A stretch of DNA of 64,000 bases from Vulcanimicrobiota bacterium (GCA_963778015.1 CAVZST010000001.1:917190-981189); one strand, 5' to 3'; positions 17,055 to 26,653 are shown, counted from the stretch's first letter. Notes: generated by a model from the sequence alone, not told the origin. Numbers and translations are program-made.

Positions 17055-20000
17055 GGCGACGGCGAAGGCCGGGGCTGCCTGGGACGGATGAGGTAGAGGC
17101 CGAGCTTTGGCGCGTAGTTGAGCTCGGGGATGAGCTTGCCGTCGAATCCGAGACGCGCAAGCTCGTCGGAGGTCGTTGCCGCGAGGCGCCCGCACATCAT
17201 CATCGCCGGAATGATCGTCGCATCTCCGGCCTCCAGCTCGTACCAGATGCCCCCTTTGGCCGAGTGCTGCGTAATGGTCCAGCTCGGCGCCGCTGTGCCG
17301 CTTGAGAAATGGCTCTTGAGTTCGTTGAGGGATTGCGTTGCGAGATTACGGACTTGGCCCGCGCACGACGTCGACGTCCGAATCTCGAATGGATCCTTCG
17401 GCGGCGTCGTCGGAAGCTTGTAGACGCGGAACATCTCTTGACCGGCCTGAGGTTGACGGGCCACGAAATAGAGTCCGACGGCCGGCATGAAGTTGAGCTG
17501 CGCCACGAAAAAGAGCGGGCTTGAGGGCGCGTAGAGCTTGCGCTGCGAGACGTCGCTGCTACGCGCGATATGTAGCGCCATGCAGCCGGCGAGTGCGCGA
17601 AGCATGCCAAAGCCTTTCGGCGTAATCGCCAACGCATACGTCGTGCCCAGCCCATGATAGGTGATCGTCGCATCGCTTAGCGACGGTGCCGGCATTGTCG
17701 CCGGGTAACCAGCTGCAGTTCGGGCCGCGTCGATTTGGGCAACGTAGGCTTTGACCTCAGCGGAGAGCTGACGCGCGTTGCCGGCATTCTCGGTGCTGCA
17801 GGTGGCCGGATTCGTCCCGACGACGAAAGGATCGGCCGGCGGCGTTTGCGGCAGGGGCGAGAAAAGCGATTGGAAACCCCGGCCGCCGCGAGGGCCGCCC
17901 GGCCCAGAGGGACCGCCCGGCCCACCGAGCGGACCGCCGTAGCCGCCACCCGGGCCACCCGGACCGCCTCCCGTGCCTCGGGCGTGAAATGCAGTCGCCG
18001 TCTGGGACGAAAGCGCGCCTTGGCCGAAGCGCGCGGAGTACGTCAGTGAATAGGTGCGCGGCATCAGCGGGCGCGCGATGTTGGCGATCGTGTACCCGCC
18101 GGCCGTAGTGTACGCAACGGCGTCGGCGGGGCTTGCGAAGACTCCGCCGTAGGCGTTGGTGATGTTCGCCGCCGCGAAGGTCAGCGTTCCGCGCGTCAGC
18201 TGGGCGGTTACGCCGGCGTCGTACGTGGTGTACGGCGGCAAGTCGTTGGGATTGTTCGCGCCGACGTGCTGCGCGTCGGCGAGCCACTCGAACATCGAGT
18301 TCGGCGCCTTGTAATCGAGCACGATCCCGGCCCTCTGCAACGGTACGTTGGGGAGTTGTTGACCTGGAATCGTGATCGACCAGGGGTTATCGAAGAGATA
18401 GATATTGGAGTCCGCTTGCGCGCCGGTGAGATTGTAGTACGGCTGGATCACGAGGTTCCCAACCGTCAGATATCCGGTGAGCTCCGCGCCTTGATAAAGC
18501 CGCCGCACGCCCGAGATCGGCGTCATAAAGTAGAGTTGCTGCGCCGCAAACGGCGTGTTCAGCGGCGTGTTGCAGCCAGCGGGGGAATTGTAAATCTGCG
18601 CGACCTGCTGCAGATATCCGGCAGGAATCTCGCCCATCTGGTTGAGCACGTACCCGTTGACGTAAACCGGCAGCAGGACGCCGTTTTGCACTTGGCGGTA
18701 AAGCGTGAGCGATACGTTGCCGCCTTTGAGCTGTCGCGTATAGCCGACACGAAGCGAATTCGACGAGCTGTTCTGCGGCTGCTCGCCCGGCGCGTTGCCA
18801 AAGGCAACCTTTCCAACGCAATCAAAGCGCAGCGACGCAGGATCGCTGAGGATCTGGAGCCTCCCCTGCGTCGCGGCGGCGCCCCCCAGCGCAAACGATG
18901 CGCTGTAGGCGTCGCGGCTCGTGGGACGCCAGGTCGCGCCGACGCTTGCAAGCTGGGAGATGCCGGCGTTGCCGGTCGCCGCGCTGAGGCCGGCTGAGCC
19001 GGACAACGTGAGCTTGTCGCTCGAGTGAATCGTGTCGCTTGCCTGCAGCACGTCGTATTGCGTTGATTGCGAGCCGATATAGAATTCCTCGGCTTGCGGG
19101 ATGAGCGGCGTCGTCGTGAACTGAGACGACGTTCCATAGGCTTGGAGTGAGATCGTGTGACGCTGCTGCGCCGGCAAGGTCGCGTTCACGACGTAACCGG
19201 TCGAGCGCGTGTCGCTCGAATAGCCCGTCGGCGACGGGGCGCCGTTCACATAGCGCGCCAGCTCGTCCAAGAGGCCGCTCGAGTCGAGGGAGAAGACCGA
19301 AGCCTGAAGCTGGGTCGCGCCGATCAGCGCATTGTCAGACAACGAGTAGAGCTGCACGTTGCTGCTATTGGTATTGTTCGGCCCGTATCCGCAGGGAAGC
19401 GTCGTTTGCGGATCGCCGTCGTACCGCAGACAGACGATGTTGGTGTCTCGCGTCGAGTTCATGAACATGCCGCTCAGCGAGTTGTTGTCGCCGAACTCGT
19501 AGCGCGTGGAGAGGACGTTGCCCGAGATGGTGCTATCTCCGTCGTGGACGTAGTCCAGGCCACTGGCGTCCTCGTAGAGATCGCCGTCGATTAAGCTCGG
19601 ATACAGGCGATTGACCGTCTGCACCGCCAAGCCGAGCTTGCCGACCGACCCCGTCTCCGCAAGCGAGTAATTGTAGCGGCCGTAGGTGCCGGTGGAGATC
19701 TGCAGCTGCGTTATCCAGCTCAACGTGGGCTGCAGCGTGCTGAAGTTCACCGATCCGCCCAATCCGCCCAGCGTTGCTCCCATGTGCACGGATGCGCCCT
19801 GGAAGAGATCGGTCGCAAACGCGCCGAGATTTCCCGTCGATCCCGGCGCATTGAGGGGGATTCCGTCGAGCGTGAGCTGCGTCTGCGAGGGATCGTGACC
19901 CTCGAGCGAGATCGTTTGCGTCGCATCGCTATCGTCGCTGGAAGTAGAAACGGTCACGCCCGAGAGCTTATTGAGCGCGTCGGCCAAATCAGTCGAGAGC

Positions 20001-20428
20001 CGTCGTTGTGGCGAGTTTTGATCGATGCTGGTAGAGGAGATCGTCGCCGACGCCTTAGCGGTCACTTCGCCGATGACTTTCAAACCGCCGTTCTCCAATG
20101 CCAACGCAAAACTCACGGTCACGATCCGGCCGTCGAGGACCTCGAACGAATCTGACGTCAAGCTCGTGTAGCCGCGCCGCACGATGCGGGCGCGGTAAAT
20201 ACCGTCGGGAACATCGGTAAAAACGACCTTTCCGTTCTTACCGGTAAGCTCGGACGTGATAACCGGCCCGTCGAGAAGAACGCGAGCGAGTTCGAGCGGC
20301 TGCTTGGTCGACGCGTCGATGACGACGATATCGATTTCTCCGGAATCGGACTGGGCAGCCGCATTGGGCATTAAGCCGGCCATTAGCAGAAGCAGCGAAA
20401 CTGTCGCCGCAGTGCTCCGTCTGAGCAT
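17051..20428 (-). CDS. TonB-dependent-receptor-like outer-membrane protein with a 324-aa C-terminal extension (CarboxypepD_reg domain + plug + barrel)
   Basis: Signal MLRRSTAATVSLLLLMAGLMPNAAAQ. CarboxypepD_reg-like IDIVVID...GIYRARIVRRGY. Plug LADALNKLSGVTV...ISLEGHDPSQTQLTLDGIPL. Barrel-terminal ...RTYSLTYSARF is followed by a G/P linker and two repeats. Confidence 0.85.
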   Translation of the reverse strand: MLRRSTAATVSLLLLMAGLMPNAAAQSDSGEIDIVVIDASTKQPLELARVLLDGPVITSELTGKNGKVVFTDVPDGIYRARIVRRGYTSLTSDSFEVLDGRIVTVSFALALENGGLKVIGEVTAKASATISSTSIDQNSPQRRLSTDLADALNKLSGVTVSTSSDDSDATQTISLEGHDPSQTQLTLDGIPLNAPGSTGNLGAFATDLFQGASVHMGATLGGLGGSVNFSTLQPTLSWITQLQISTGTYGRYNYSLAETGSVGKLGLAVQTVNRLYPSLIDGDLYEDASGLDYVHDGDSTISGNVLSTRYEFGDNNSLSGMFMNSTRDTNIVCLRYDGDPQTTLPCGYGPNNTNSSNVQLYSLSDNALIGATQLQASVFSLDSSGLLDELARYVNGAPSPTGYSSDTRSTGYVVNATLPAQQRHTISLQAYGTSSQFTTTPLIPQAEEFYIGSQSTQYDVLQASDTIHSSDKLTLSGSAGLSAATGNAGISQLASVGATWRPTSRDAYSASFALGGAAATQGRLQILSDPASLRFDCVGKVAFGNAPGEQPQNSSSNSLRVGYTRQLKGGNVSLTLYRQVQNGVLLPVYVNGYVLNQMGEIPAGYLQQVAQIYNSPAGCNTPLNTPFAAQQLYFMTPISGVRRLYQGAELTGYLTVGNLVIQPYYNLTGAQADSNIYLFDNPWSITIPGQQLPNVPLQRAGIVLDYKAPNSMFEWLADAQHVGANNPNDLPPYTTYDAGVTAQLTRGTLTFAAANITNAYGGVFASPADAVAYTTAGGYTIANIARPLMPRTYSLTYSARFGQGALSSQTATAFHARGTGGGPGGPGGGYGGPLGGPGGPSGPGGPRGGRGFQSLFSPLPQTPPADPFVVGTNPATCSTENAGNARQLSAEVKAYVAQIDAARTAAGYPATMPAPSLSDATITYHGLGTTYALAITPKGFGMLRALAGCMALHIARSSDVSQRKLYAPSSPLFFVAQLNFMPAVGLYFVARQPQAGQEMFRVYKLPTTPPKDPFEIRTSTSCAGQVRNLATQSLNELKSHFSSGTAAPSWTITQHSAKGGIWYELEAGDATIIPAMMMCGRLAATTSDELARLGFDGKLIPELNYAPKLGLYLIRPRQPRPSPSP

Positions 20429-20437
20429 GTTGACACG

Positions 20438-20443
20438 ATTATA
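20438..20443 (-). promoter_or_regulatory. perfect TATAAT -10 hexamer 9 nt upstream of the receptor-like gene ATG (possible near-leaderless promoter)
   Basis: Minus strand reads ...GTTTCATATAATCGTGTCAAC-ATG. No Shine-Dalgarno lies between the hexamer and the ATG at 20428. Confidence 0.3.
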
Positions 20444-20485
20444 TGAAACGTCCGCTGAGGGCGCCTGAAGTTGCCCTGTGAACGG

Positions 20486-21931
20486 CTAGATTGTGATCGT
20501 GACCGCGGTGCCGTGCCCTGGGGCGCTGTCGATGGCGATGTCTCCGCCGGCCCGTTCGACCGCGCGCTTGGCAATCGCCAAGCCCAGCCCCGTTCCCACA
20601 ATTTCGCCGCGTTGATCACCACGGTAGAATCGTTCGAAGGCATGAAGTCGCTCGGACTCCGACATGCCGGGACCCTCGTCCCGAACCCTGATGATCGCAT
20701 GACCGTTGGTTCGAGCCGCGCTCAAATGAATCGGCGCGTCGGGCGCATATTTTAAAGCATTCTCAATGACATTCCAGACTGCCTCGGCCAGTTCACCGCG
20801 ATCGGCTTCGATCGTTTTCAGCCCGTCCACGCTGTAATCAATCGTCCGGCGATCGTCGAGTCGCCGGGCGGCTTCACATTGACTGCGCAAAAGGTCCGCG
20901 ACGTCGACGTGCTCGATGTGCGGCGGCGCTTCGGAGTCGAGCCGCGCCAAGCGCATCAGCCGGTCGATCAATCCGCGCATGTGCTCTTTCTCGAGCGACA
21001 TCGTCGCGAGGATCTGACGGGCAATCCGCGGCTCCTCGATCGCACCGCGGCGCAGCACGTCGATATATCCGGCGATCACCGTAAGCGGAGTACGCAGCTC
21101 GTGCGAGGCGTCGGCCGCAAACTGGCGCATGCGTTCCTCGGCCTGACGGCGGTGATCGATCGCCGTCGCGACGCTGGCAACGGCGTCGTTGAAGGCTCCG
21201 GTAAGGGATGCAACTTCGTCGCCGCCCGCCATGACGAAACGGCGCTGCGTATAATCGCCGTCGGCCAAGGCCCGCAACGAATCGCTCACCTCATTGATCG
21301 GCCGCAACGACTGTTGCGCGAACAGGCGCCCGACGAACCAGGAAAGCAAAATCGCTGCCAATGCGATCGTGAGCACGATCCGCCAATACGGGAGCAATGA
21401 CACGAGCAAAAGTGGGAATGAAGGACCGAAGCCAACGTATCCGCCTTCCACATAGGTAAGTGAAAGTGGTTCGAGGCGCGTAGGATCGGGTGGGAGCGGC
21501 GTCAGCGGCCCGTGATATGTATAGAGCCGCAACGCCGGGCGTGCAAAGCGATCGGTCGTACCTTGTGGCCCACGCAGCGCGGGCGGAATGAAGTGTTGCA
21601 TTCCGCCGGCTGCTAAAACTCCGGCGAGCGATTTGGGCCGCAGCGTCTTGTCACCGGCGAGATAATGACCTTTCAAGTCGTAGATGGTCACCCGTAGGCC
21701 GATCCCGCTCAATGCGTTGACGATTTCCGGTGCCGCCTTTGCGAGCGTCATCCCTTCGCGCCGGTACTGATCTACGAGGATTCGCGCCTCTTCGTGCTTG
21801 GCAACCATCACGTCGCCGGAAAACTGCCACAATTCGAAGACCAGGGCAATCGAAGAAGCGAGGATGACGATCAGGACCGTCACGCCAAGCAGCACCGCAT
21901 ACAGAGCGGAGAGGCGCGCTGCCAGCTTCAC
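20486..21931 (-). CDS. sensor histidine kinase (TM-HAMP-HisKA-HATPase_c)
   Basis: H-box FAADASHELRTPLTVI. N/G boxes NVIENALKYAP, DEGPGM and GTGLGLAIAK. GTG start. Confidence 0.9.
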   Translation of the reverse strand: MKLAARLSALYAVLLGVTVLIVILASSIALVFELWQFSGDVMVAKHEEARILVDQYRREGMTLAKAAPEIVNALSGIGLRVTIYDLKGHYLAGDKTLRPKSLAGVLAAGGMQHFIPPALRGPQGTTDRFARPALRLYTYHGPLTPLPPDPTRLEPLSLTYVEGGYVGFGPSFPLLLVSLLPYWRIVLTIALAAILLSWFVGRLFAQQSLRPINEVSDSLRALADGDYTQRRFVMAGGDEVASLTGAFNDAVASVATAIDHRRQAEERMRQFAADASHELRTPLTVIAGYIDVLRRGAIEEPRIARQILATMSLEKEHMRGLIDRLMRLARLDSEAPPHIEHVDVADLLRSQCEAARRLDDRRTIDYSVDGLKTIEADRGELAEAVWNVIENALKYAPDAPIHLSAARTNGHAIIRVRDEGPGMSESERLHAFERFYRGDQRGEIVGTGLGLAIAKRAVERAGGDIAIDSAPGHGTAVTITI

Positions 21932-21946
21932 TGTTTGAGCGCGATC

Positions 21947-22633
21947 CTATTGAGAAAGGCCGTAGCCGACGCCGCGGACCGTTCGAATGAACGAGCCGGG
22001 TTCGCCGGGACGATCCACCTTCCCGCGAAGATACGATATGTAGGTTTCGACGATGTTCGGGCCGCCCTCAAAGTCGTGTCCCCAGACGATTTCCAGGAGA
22101 TGATCCTTGCTGAAGACGCGGCGAGGTTCCCGCATGAACACTTCCAGCAGGTCGAATTCGCGCTGCGTGAACTCTAGCGGTTCCTTTCCCCGCCAGGCCT
22201 CGCGGGTGGCGGGGTTGATCGAGATGTCGCGCCAACGCAGCACGTTCTCTTCGATGAGCTGCGGCCGCCGAAGCTTCGCCTGAAGGCGGGCGATTAGCTC
22301 TTCGAAGACAAACGGCTTGACGAGATAGTCGTCGGCACCGGAGCTCAATGAACGGACCTTGTCCTCAGTGCCCCCCTTTGCAGTAAGCATGAGGATGGGC
22401 GCTTGCGTGATCTCCCGCAGGCGCGGCAGCAGCGTCACCCCGTCGATCTTTGGCATCATAATGTCGAGAACGATGAGCTCCGGATCGAAGATCTTGACGA
22501 GCTCGAGCGCAGCCAGCCCGTCCATTGCGGTCCGCACCTCGTAGCCTTCGCGGGAGAGTCCAAGTTCCAACATCTCCCGGACCATGCGATCGTCGTCGAT
22601 GACCGCAACGCGGGCATTGGGCATTGTATGCAT
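21947..22633 (-). CDS. OmpR-family response regulator
   Basis: ATG at 22633 (or 22624) gives M(HTM)PNARVAVIDDDRMVREML...LDIMMPKIDG...winged helix ...YIRTVRGVGY. The 86 aa upstream in the ORF are not protein-like. Confidence 0.9.
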   Translation of the reverse strand: MHTMPNARVAVIDDDRMVREMLELGLSREGYEVRTAMDGLAALELVKIFDPELIVLDIMMPKIDGVTLLPRLREITQAPILMLTAKGGTEDKVRSLSSGADDYLVKPFVFEELIARLQAKLRRPQLIEENVLRWRDISINPATREAWRGKEPLEFTQREFDLLEVFMREPRRVFSKDHLLEIVWGHDFEGGPNIVETYISYLRGKVDRPGEPGSFIRTVRGVGYGLSQ

Positions 22634-22703
22634 TTCTACGCTGCATCGTGCGTTCTCACCCTTGGAGCTACCTGAACCCGCTCGCCCGGCTGACGATGAC
22701 CAG

Positions 22704-23159
22704 CTACGCAGCCCGGTCTGGGGAATGCCACCGCTGGAGGCGCTGACCCGAAACGAGCGCTGCCCTGCCGATGGCCGCGAGAGGATGCGCAACGACCCGG
22801 ATGCCCCGCTGGGCCAGAAGAGCGCTGGTCGATTCGTCGGGCAGCCAATGCGCGAAGATATGGACCTCATGCGTTTCGGTCGCCTCAGCAAGCCTCACAA
22901 TGACGTCGTCAAGCGTGCATTCGCCCTGGGCGAGAAGCTTGCTCACGATCTCGGCTCGAAACCGCGATGCGCTCCAGCCCGCGGCCACTATGAGGATGCG
23001 CGAGACCTCGTCAACGCGCGTTGCTTCGAAATCGACCAGGGCTGCCTCGATGCAGCAAGCTAGGCCAGGCTCAGTCTGCGCGTGGAGAGTTGCTCCGGCG
23101 ATGGAAGCCGCCGGCCCCGCCGTCAGGAGCGCCCCGGCCCCGATAAAGTACTCGTCCAT
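22704..23159 (-). CDS. hypothetical protein
   Basis: ATG at 23159 (MDEYFIGAGALL...). This frame has the highest third-position GC of the three overlapping ORFs. No family recognised. Confidence 0.45.
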   Translation of the reverse strand: MDEYFIGAGALLTAGPAASIAGATLHAQTEPGLACCIEAALVDFEATRVDEVSRILIVAAGWSASRFRAEIVSKLLAQGECTLDDVIVRLAEATETHEVHIFAHWLPDESTSALLAQRGIRVVAHPLAAIGRAALVSGQRLQRWHSPDRAA

Positions 23160-23223
23160 GCCGCAATCCTGGCATGGACGAGTGCCAACTGGGTGGCGCA
23201 CGCTTTGAGCGCGCCACCGATTA

Positions 23224-23289
23224 TCAAGCCAGTGGATCGGGCGGGGTCAGCGCAAGTGTCAATATAAGACCTATCAGAAAGCTCAGCAT
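23224..23289 (-). CDS. candidate 21-aa hydrophobic small ORF
   Basis: Minus strand reads TAGGGGGATAAGC-ATG, encoding MLSFLIGLILTLALTPPDPLA*. Strong SD, located in an AT-richer spacer. Too short for the ORF track. Confidence 0.25.
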   Translation of the reverse strand: MLSFLIGLILTLALTPPDPLA

Positions 23290-23395
23290 GCTTATCCCCC
23301 TAACGTTTAGCGTAGAGAGACTCTACGGTTCGAGCGCCGTTTTGTCTCTAATCAAAGTTAACTAGACTTTGATCGCCCGGTTAGAACCCACTGGG

Positions 23396-26020
23396 TCATA
23401 TTAATCCCATGCGTCGAGCGGCGCGTAGTGCTTCCGAGTGCCCATGGCAGCCGAGTTTTGCGATGACGTTGGCGATATGCACCCTCACGGTGTGCACACT
23501 CCGACCGCTCCGTGCTGCAATCTCTTTTGGAACCAAACCTTCCGCCAAAAGCACCATAATGTCGCGCTCTGACGCGGTCAGGCTGCCACCACCAAAGCTT
23601 TCTTCGCCATAACGCAGTACGCGGTCGACGGCTCCCAAAAGTCTTGCCACGTCGGCGTAGCCAAGCGCAGTGAGGCCTTCAACACTTTCTCTTATTCGAT
23701 CTAGGCCACTTTCGCCGCGATGACGCAGTCGCAACAGTAAACTGTCTGCCGCCTTTACAAGAAGCACAATAACCGCATCGCTGTCTGTTTTTACGCTCAT
23801 CAACACACGGTCCGCATAAAGCGTGCGACCGTTTATCGCCTCGGCGATTGCGCAGAGCGTCTTCGCAATCTCCATCGAGCGGACCCGAAAGAGGCCAGTA
23901 ACCTGGGAGGAGGCTCGTAAACCTAGGATTTCTTTCACCACATGCGCCGCTGGCTGAAGACGTCCGTCGAGCGCTAAAAAGAGCGCGTATTGACTACCAC
24001 ACACGATTCGATCGAAATTAAACGGCAGCTGCGCCCAGCATGGAGCAACCAACTGATGGGCTTCGGCAAACCGGCCTTCCCAAGCGAGGCGAAGAGATCG
24101 GAAGAGCGTAAGGTATCTGATCGCCAAATCGCTTTTCCTCGTGCTCTCCAATCTCTGCTCGATTTCAATGCTTTTTTCTAAGTCACCTCGACGCATCTGC
24201 GCACTAAGCATTTGTAATAGCGCGGTTTGAAGCGCGAACGCATCGCCAGCCCTCGTGGCTGATTTTGCCGCAAGTTCTGCATACTGCAGTTGCCGGTCGA
24301 CATCGTCTTCTTCGTGGAGGGATAGGTTGGACAAAACGGCATTTGCGCGACTTACAATACTGTACAAGTGAAGCTCCGCTGCAAGCTCGCTTGACTGCGT
24401 AAGCACTTCAAATGCTCTACCGGCAACGCCAAGGTGATGAAAGGCAATGCCCATGTGATGTAACGCTTTCGCACGCACCGAGTCGGAATCGACTTCAGTC
24501 ATGAGTGCCTCAACCAAGGCGAGTGCTTTACGCGCTGTCACCGGATCCCCAGCAACGGCTCGCTGACCTGCGATCAGGGAGAGCGCTTCCGCACGATGGC
24601 CCGTACTTTGCTCTTCATCTTCACCGACCGCATTCAGCAGCTCCCCCACGTCTTCGCCCTGGTTTGCCATCAATGACGCGAGGCGAAGAGCTGCCGTTGC
24701 CTTCAAATCGCGGTCGTTTCCAGATCGCGCCAGTGCACGACGAAAGAGGGATTCCGCTCTGGCGAATTTACCTGCTACTGCGTGAAGCGCGCCTTGCAGC
24801 GCTAGAACGGTAGGATTCTCGCGGCGGGTTTTTTCGTCGAGCGCTTCAATGGCGTGCGCCACGACGTCGCCGTGAGCGCGTTCCAAAAGATCGAAACCGT
24901 GGGCCTCGAGCAAACGTAGCACGTCCGCCGGCGATGCCGCCGCAGCGTAGGACGCAATTGCATGCTCGATGTCGCCGCTTGCTTCGAGGGCGCGGGCGGC
25001 GCGCTCGTGCACGAGCTGTTGGGCGCGCTTACCGCCAAGCGCAGCCTCGCGTCGGAGGAACTCACGAAAAAGGTCGTGGCATTGATAAATGCCCGGCGAT
25101 TCCTCGTAAATGAATGCCGTCCGCTCGCGCAGTCGCTCTACAATGGGGAGCGCGCGATCGAATCCGGCCCGTTGGAGCACGGTTATGTCAATGAGCGGCA
25201 GCGCAACGGCGACTTCGAGCAAGCTGCGCTCGTCGTCATCCAGAGCAGCGTAAACCTGCTCCGCGAGAAGTCTGTAGATCATCTCTCTGGTGAGTGCTGC
25301 GACGTTGCGCAACTCCGATGAGCGCGTCGAGGTGTGCAGAGCAAAGCTCATCGCCGCGGGCCAGCCTTCAGTCAACTCCAACAGATCGGCAAGCTCTTCG
25401 TCGCTTACTTTAAGCCGTAAGCCATCGGCGCCTTCGCGCGCTTCGTCCAAAGTGAACCGAAGGTCGTGTTCGTCGATAGGAAGATCAGCGTCGCGATAAG
25501 CGAGCCAGGTCCCCACGGGAAGACCCGCCGTCGTGCGTGAGGCGAGGATCCAGCGGATCCTTCCCTTCGCTCGCTCGACCAGAGAAGTCAGGAATTCCGT
25601 AACTTCGGGATCATCGTCGACTACGTGAAGATCATCAATGGCCACGATGCCCCGGAACGATTCCAGGTGCGCATCCATCCAACGAGCGAGATCGCGTGCC
25701 CGCTTTGGAGAAGAGGCATTGCGCTCATAAGCGTTCGGTAGCGCTGTGGTCGCGTGCGGCGCGTGTTCACGCAGCGCCTCCGTTAAGCCGCGAAGAAAGC
25801 CGAGAAGGCTCGCGTGCTCCGCGCGCACCGGGAACCGAACGCTCGGTTCGACGAGCGAGCCGAGATATTGACGAAGTACGACCGACTTACCATATCCAGC
25901 GGGAGCGATCAAGAGCGCGATTGGATACTTTGCGGCGGCGGCCAATCGCCCGAGAAGGCGCGGTCGCTCGATCGATGCAGACGCATCGCTGCGATCTTCG
26001 TTTGGCAGCGCGCGGATCAT
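23396..26020 (-). CDS. MalT/LAL-type large ATP-binding LuxR-family regulator (STAND NTPase + TPR-like + HTH_LuxR)
   Basis: Walker A LLIAPAGYGKSVV. Long helical repeat region. C-terminal LTASERDIMVLLAEGLVPKEIAARSGRSVHTVRVHIANVIAKLG. Confidence 0.9.
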   Translation of the reverse strand: MIRALPNEDRSDASASIERPRLLGRLAAAAKYPIALLIAPAGYGKSVVLRQYLGSLVEPSVRFPVRAEHASLLGFLRGLTEALREHAPHATTALPNAYERNASSPKRARDLARWMDAHLESFRGIVAIDDLHVVDDDPEVTEFLTSLVERAKGRIRWILASRTTAGLPVGTWLAYRDADLPIDEHDLRFTLDEAREGADGLRLKVSDEELADLLELTEGWPAAMSFALHTSTRSSELRNVAALTREMIYRLLAEQVYAALDDDERSLLEVAVALPLIDITVLQRAGFDRALPIVERLRERTAFIYEESPGIYQCHDLFREFLRREAALGGKRAQQLVHERAARALEASGDIEHAIASYAAAASPADVLRLLEAHGFDLLERAHGDVVAHAIEALDEKTRRENPTVLALQGALHAVAGKFARAESLFRRALARSGNDRDLKATAALRLASLMANQGEDVGELLNAVGEDEEQSTGHRAEALSLIAGQRAVAGDPVTARKALALVEALMTEVDSDSVRAKALHHMGIAFHHLGVAGRAFEVLTQSSELAAELHLYSIVSRANAVLSNLSLHEEDDVDRQLQYAELAAKSATRAGDAFALQTALLQMLSAQMRRGDLEKSIEIEQRLESTRKSDLAIRYLTLFRSLRLAWEGRFAEAHQLVAPCWAQLPFNFDRIVCGSQYALFLALDGRLQPAAHVVKEILGLRASSQVTGLFRVRSMEIAKTLCAIAEAINGRTLYADRVLMSVKTDSDAVIVLLVKAADSLLLRLRHRGESGLDRIRESVEGLTALGYADVARLLGAVDRVLRYGEESFGGGSLTASERDIMVLLAEGLVPKEIAARSGRSVHTVRVHIANVIAKLGCHGHSEALRAARRMGLI

Positions 26021-26031
26021 CGCACTTCGTT

Positions 26032-26649
26032 CTAAAGCGCTTGTGGCGTTGCCTGTTCTCGATATGCTCCAGGATTTCGAACGTTGCCTTTACCGATCAA
26101 CGCGCTCAAGAAGTGCGCCAGCAGAGCGCCTATCCAGCGCAGCCGCGGCTCGAGCCATGCACGCTGCGATGGACACGTGATCTCGCCGAGCTCGAGCACG
26201 AGGGTTGCGTCGCGCGCATCGACCTGGCGGTATGCGTAATACTCGCGCAATCCGATCGAAAAGTTATTCGGTTGAAATCCAAACGGCCAGTAGTGTCCAT
26301 ATAGCGCGCGCCACCGTGCTGCTGCCGCCGCGTCGCTCTTGTGCGAATAGCCGATCGATGCGCGGCTACGGCAGGGAGGGTCCGAGCCGTCGAAGTGAAT
26401 GAAGACCGCCGCAGTCACTCGATACTTTCCGGCGAAATCGGCGGGACGACGCGCAACCGTCAGACCGTGCTCTCGGAGGATCTGCGTCGCCGCATCGGCG
26501 ACGATCGGCGTCCAACTGCGCTCGCCGGCCGCGCCGAGATTGCAACGATGCTGGGGAAAACGCGCGCAGCTCGCGGGCCGTCCTTCGTGGCCGGCTGAAA
26601 TCAACACGTCGTAGGTCAGCATGGAAAAGCCGAGCATCAGCCCGAGCAT
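26032..26649 (-). CDS. MurNAc-L-alanine amidase-like (Amidase_3-like) protein
   Basis: ATG at 26649 (or 26622). ISAGHEG ... GERSW ... AAVFIHFDG resemble the His/Glu/His zinc ligands. Weak assignment. Confidence 0.5.
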   Translation of the reverse strand: MLGLMLGFSMLTYDVLISAGHEGRPASCARFPQHRCNLGAAGERSWTPIVADAATQILREHGLTVARRPADFAGKYRVTAAVFIHFDGSDPPCRSRASIGYSHKSDAAAAARWRALYGHYWPFGFQPNNFSIGLREYYAYRQVDARDATLVLELGEITCPSQRAWLEPRLRWIGALLAHFLSALIGKGNVRNPGAYREQATPQAL

Positions 26650-26653
26650 CGCA

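Noticed and set aside
17876-17977. Gly/Pro-encoding low-complexity DNA as a collagen-like or contingency repeat
   Set aside because: There is no exact nucleotide periodicity. It reads as an in-frame G/P-rich linker within the outer-membrane protein.
21947-22891. N-terminal 86-aa extension of the response regulator, and similar extensions of LemA (to 28709), rplA (to 6089), rplK (to 6528), ctaD (to 46061) and cfa (to 62244)
   Set aside because: The extensions overlap neighbouring genes or a tRNA and lack similarity to the families. Internal starts reproduce the canonical N-termini.
23350-23368. Inverted repeat caaagt-N7-actttg downstream of the MalT/LuxR gene as a terminator
   Set aside because: It has only a 6-bp AT-rich stem and no following U-tract on the relevant strand.
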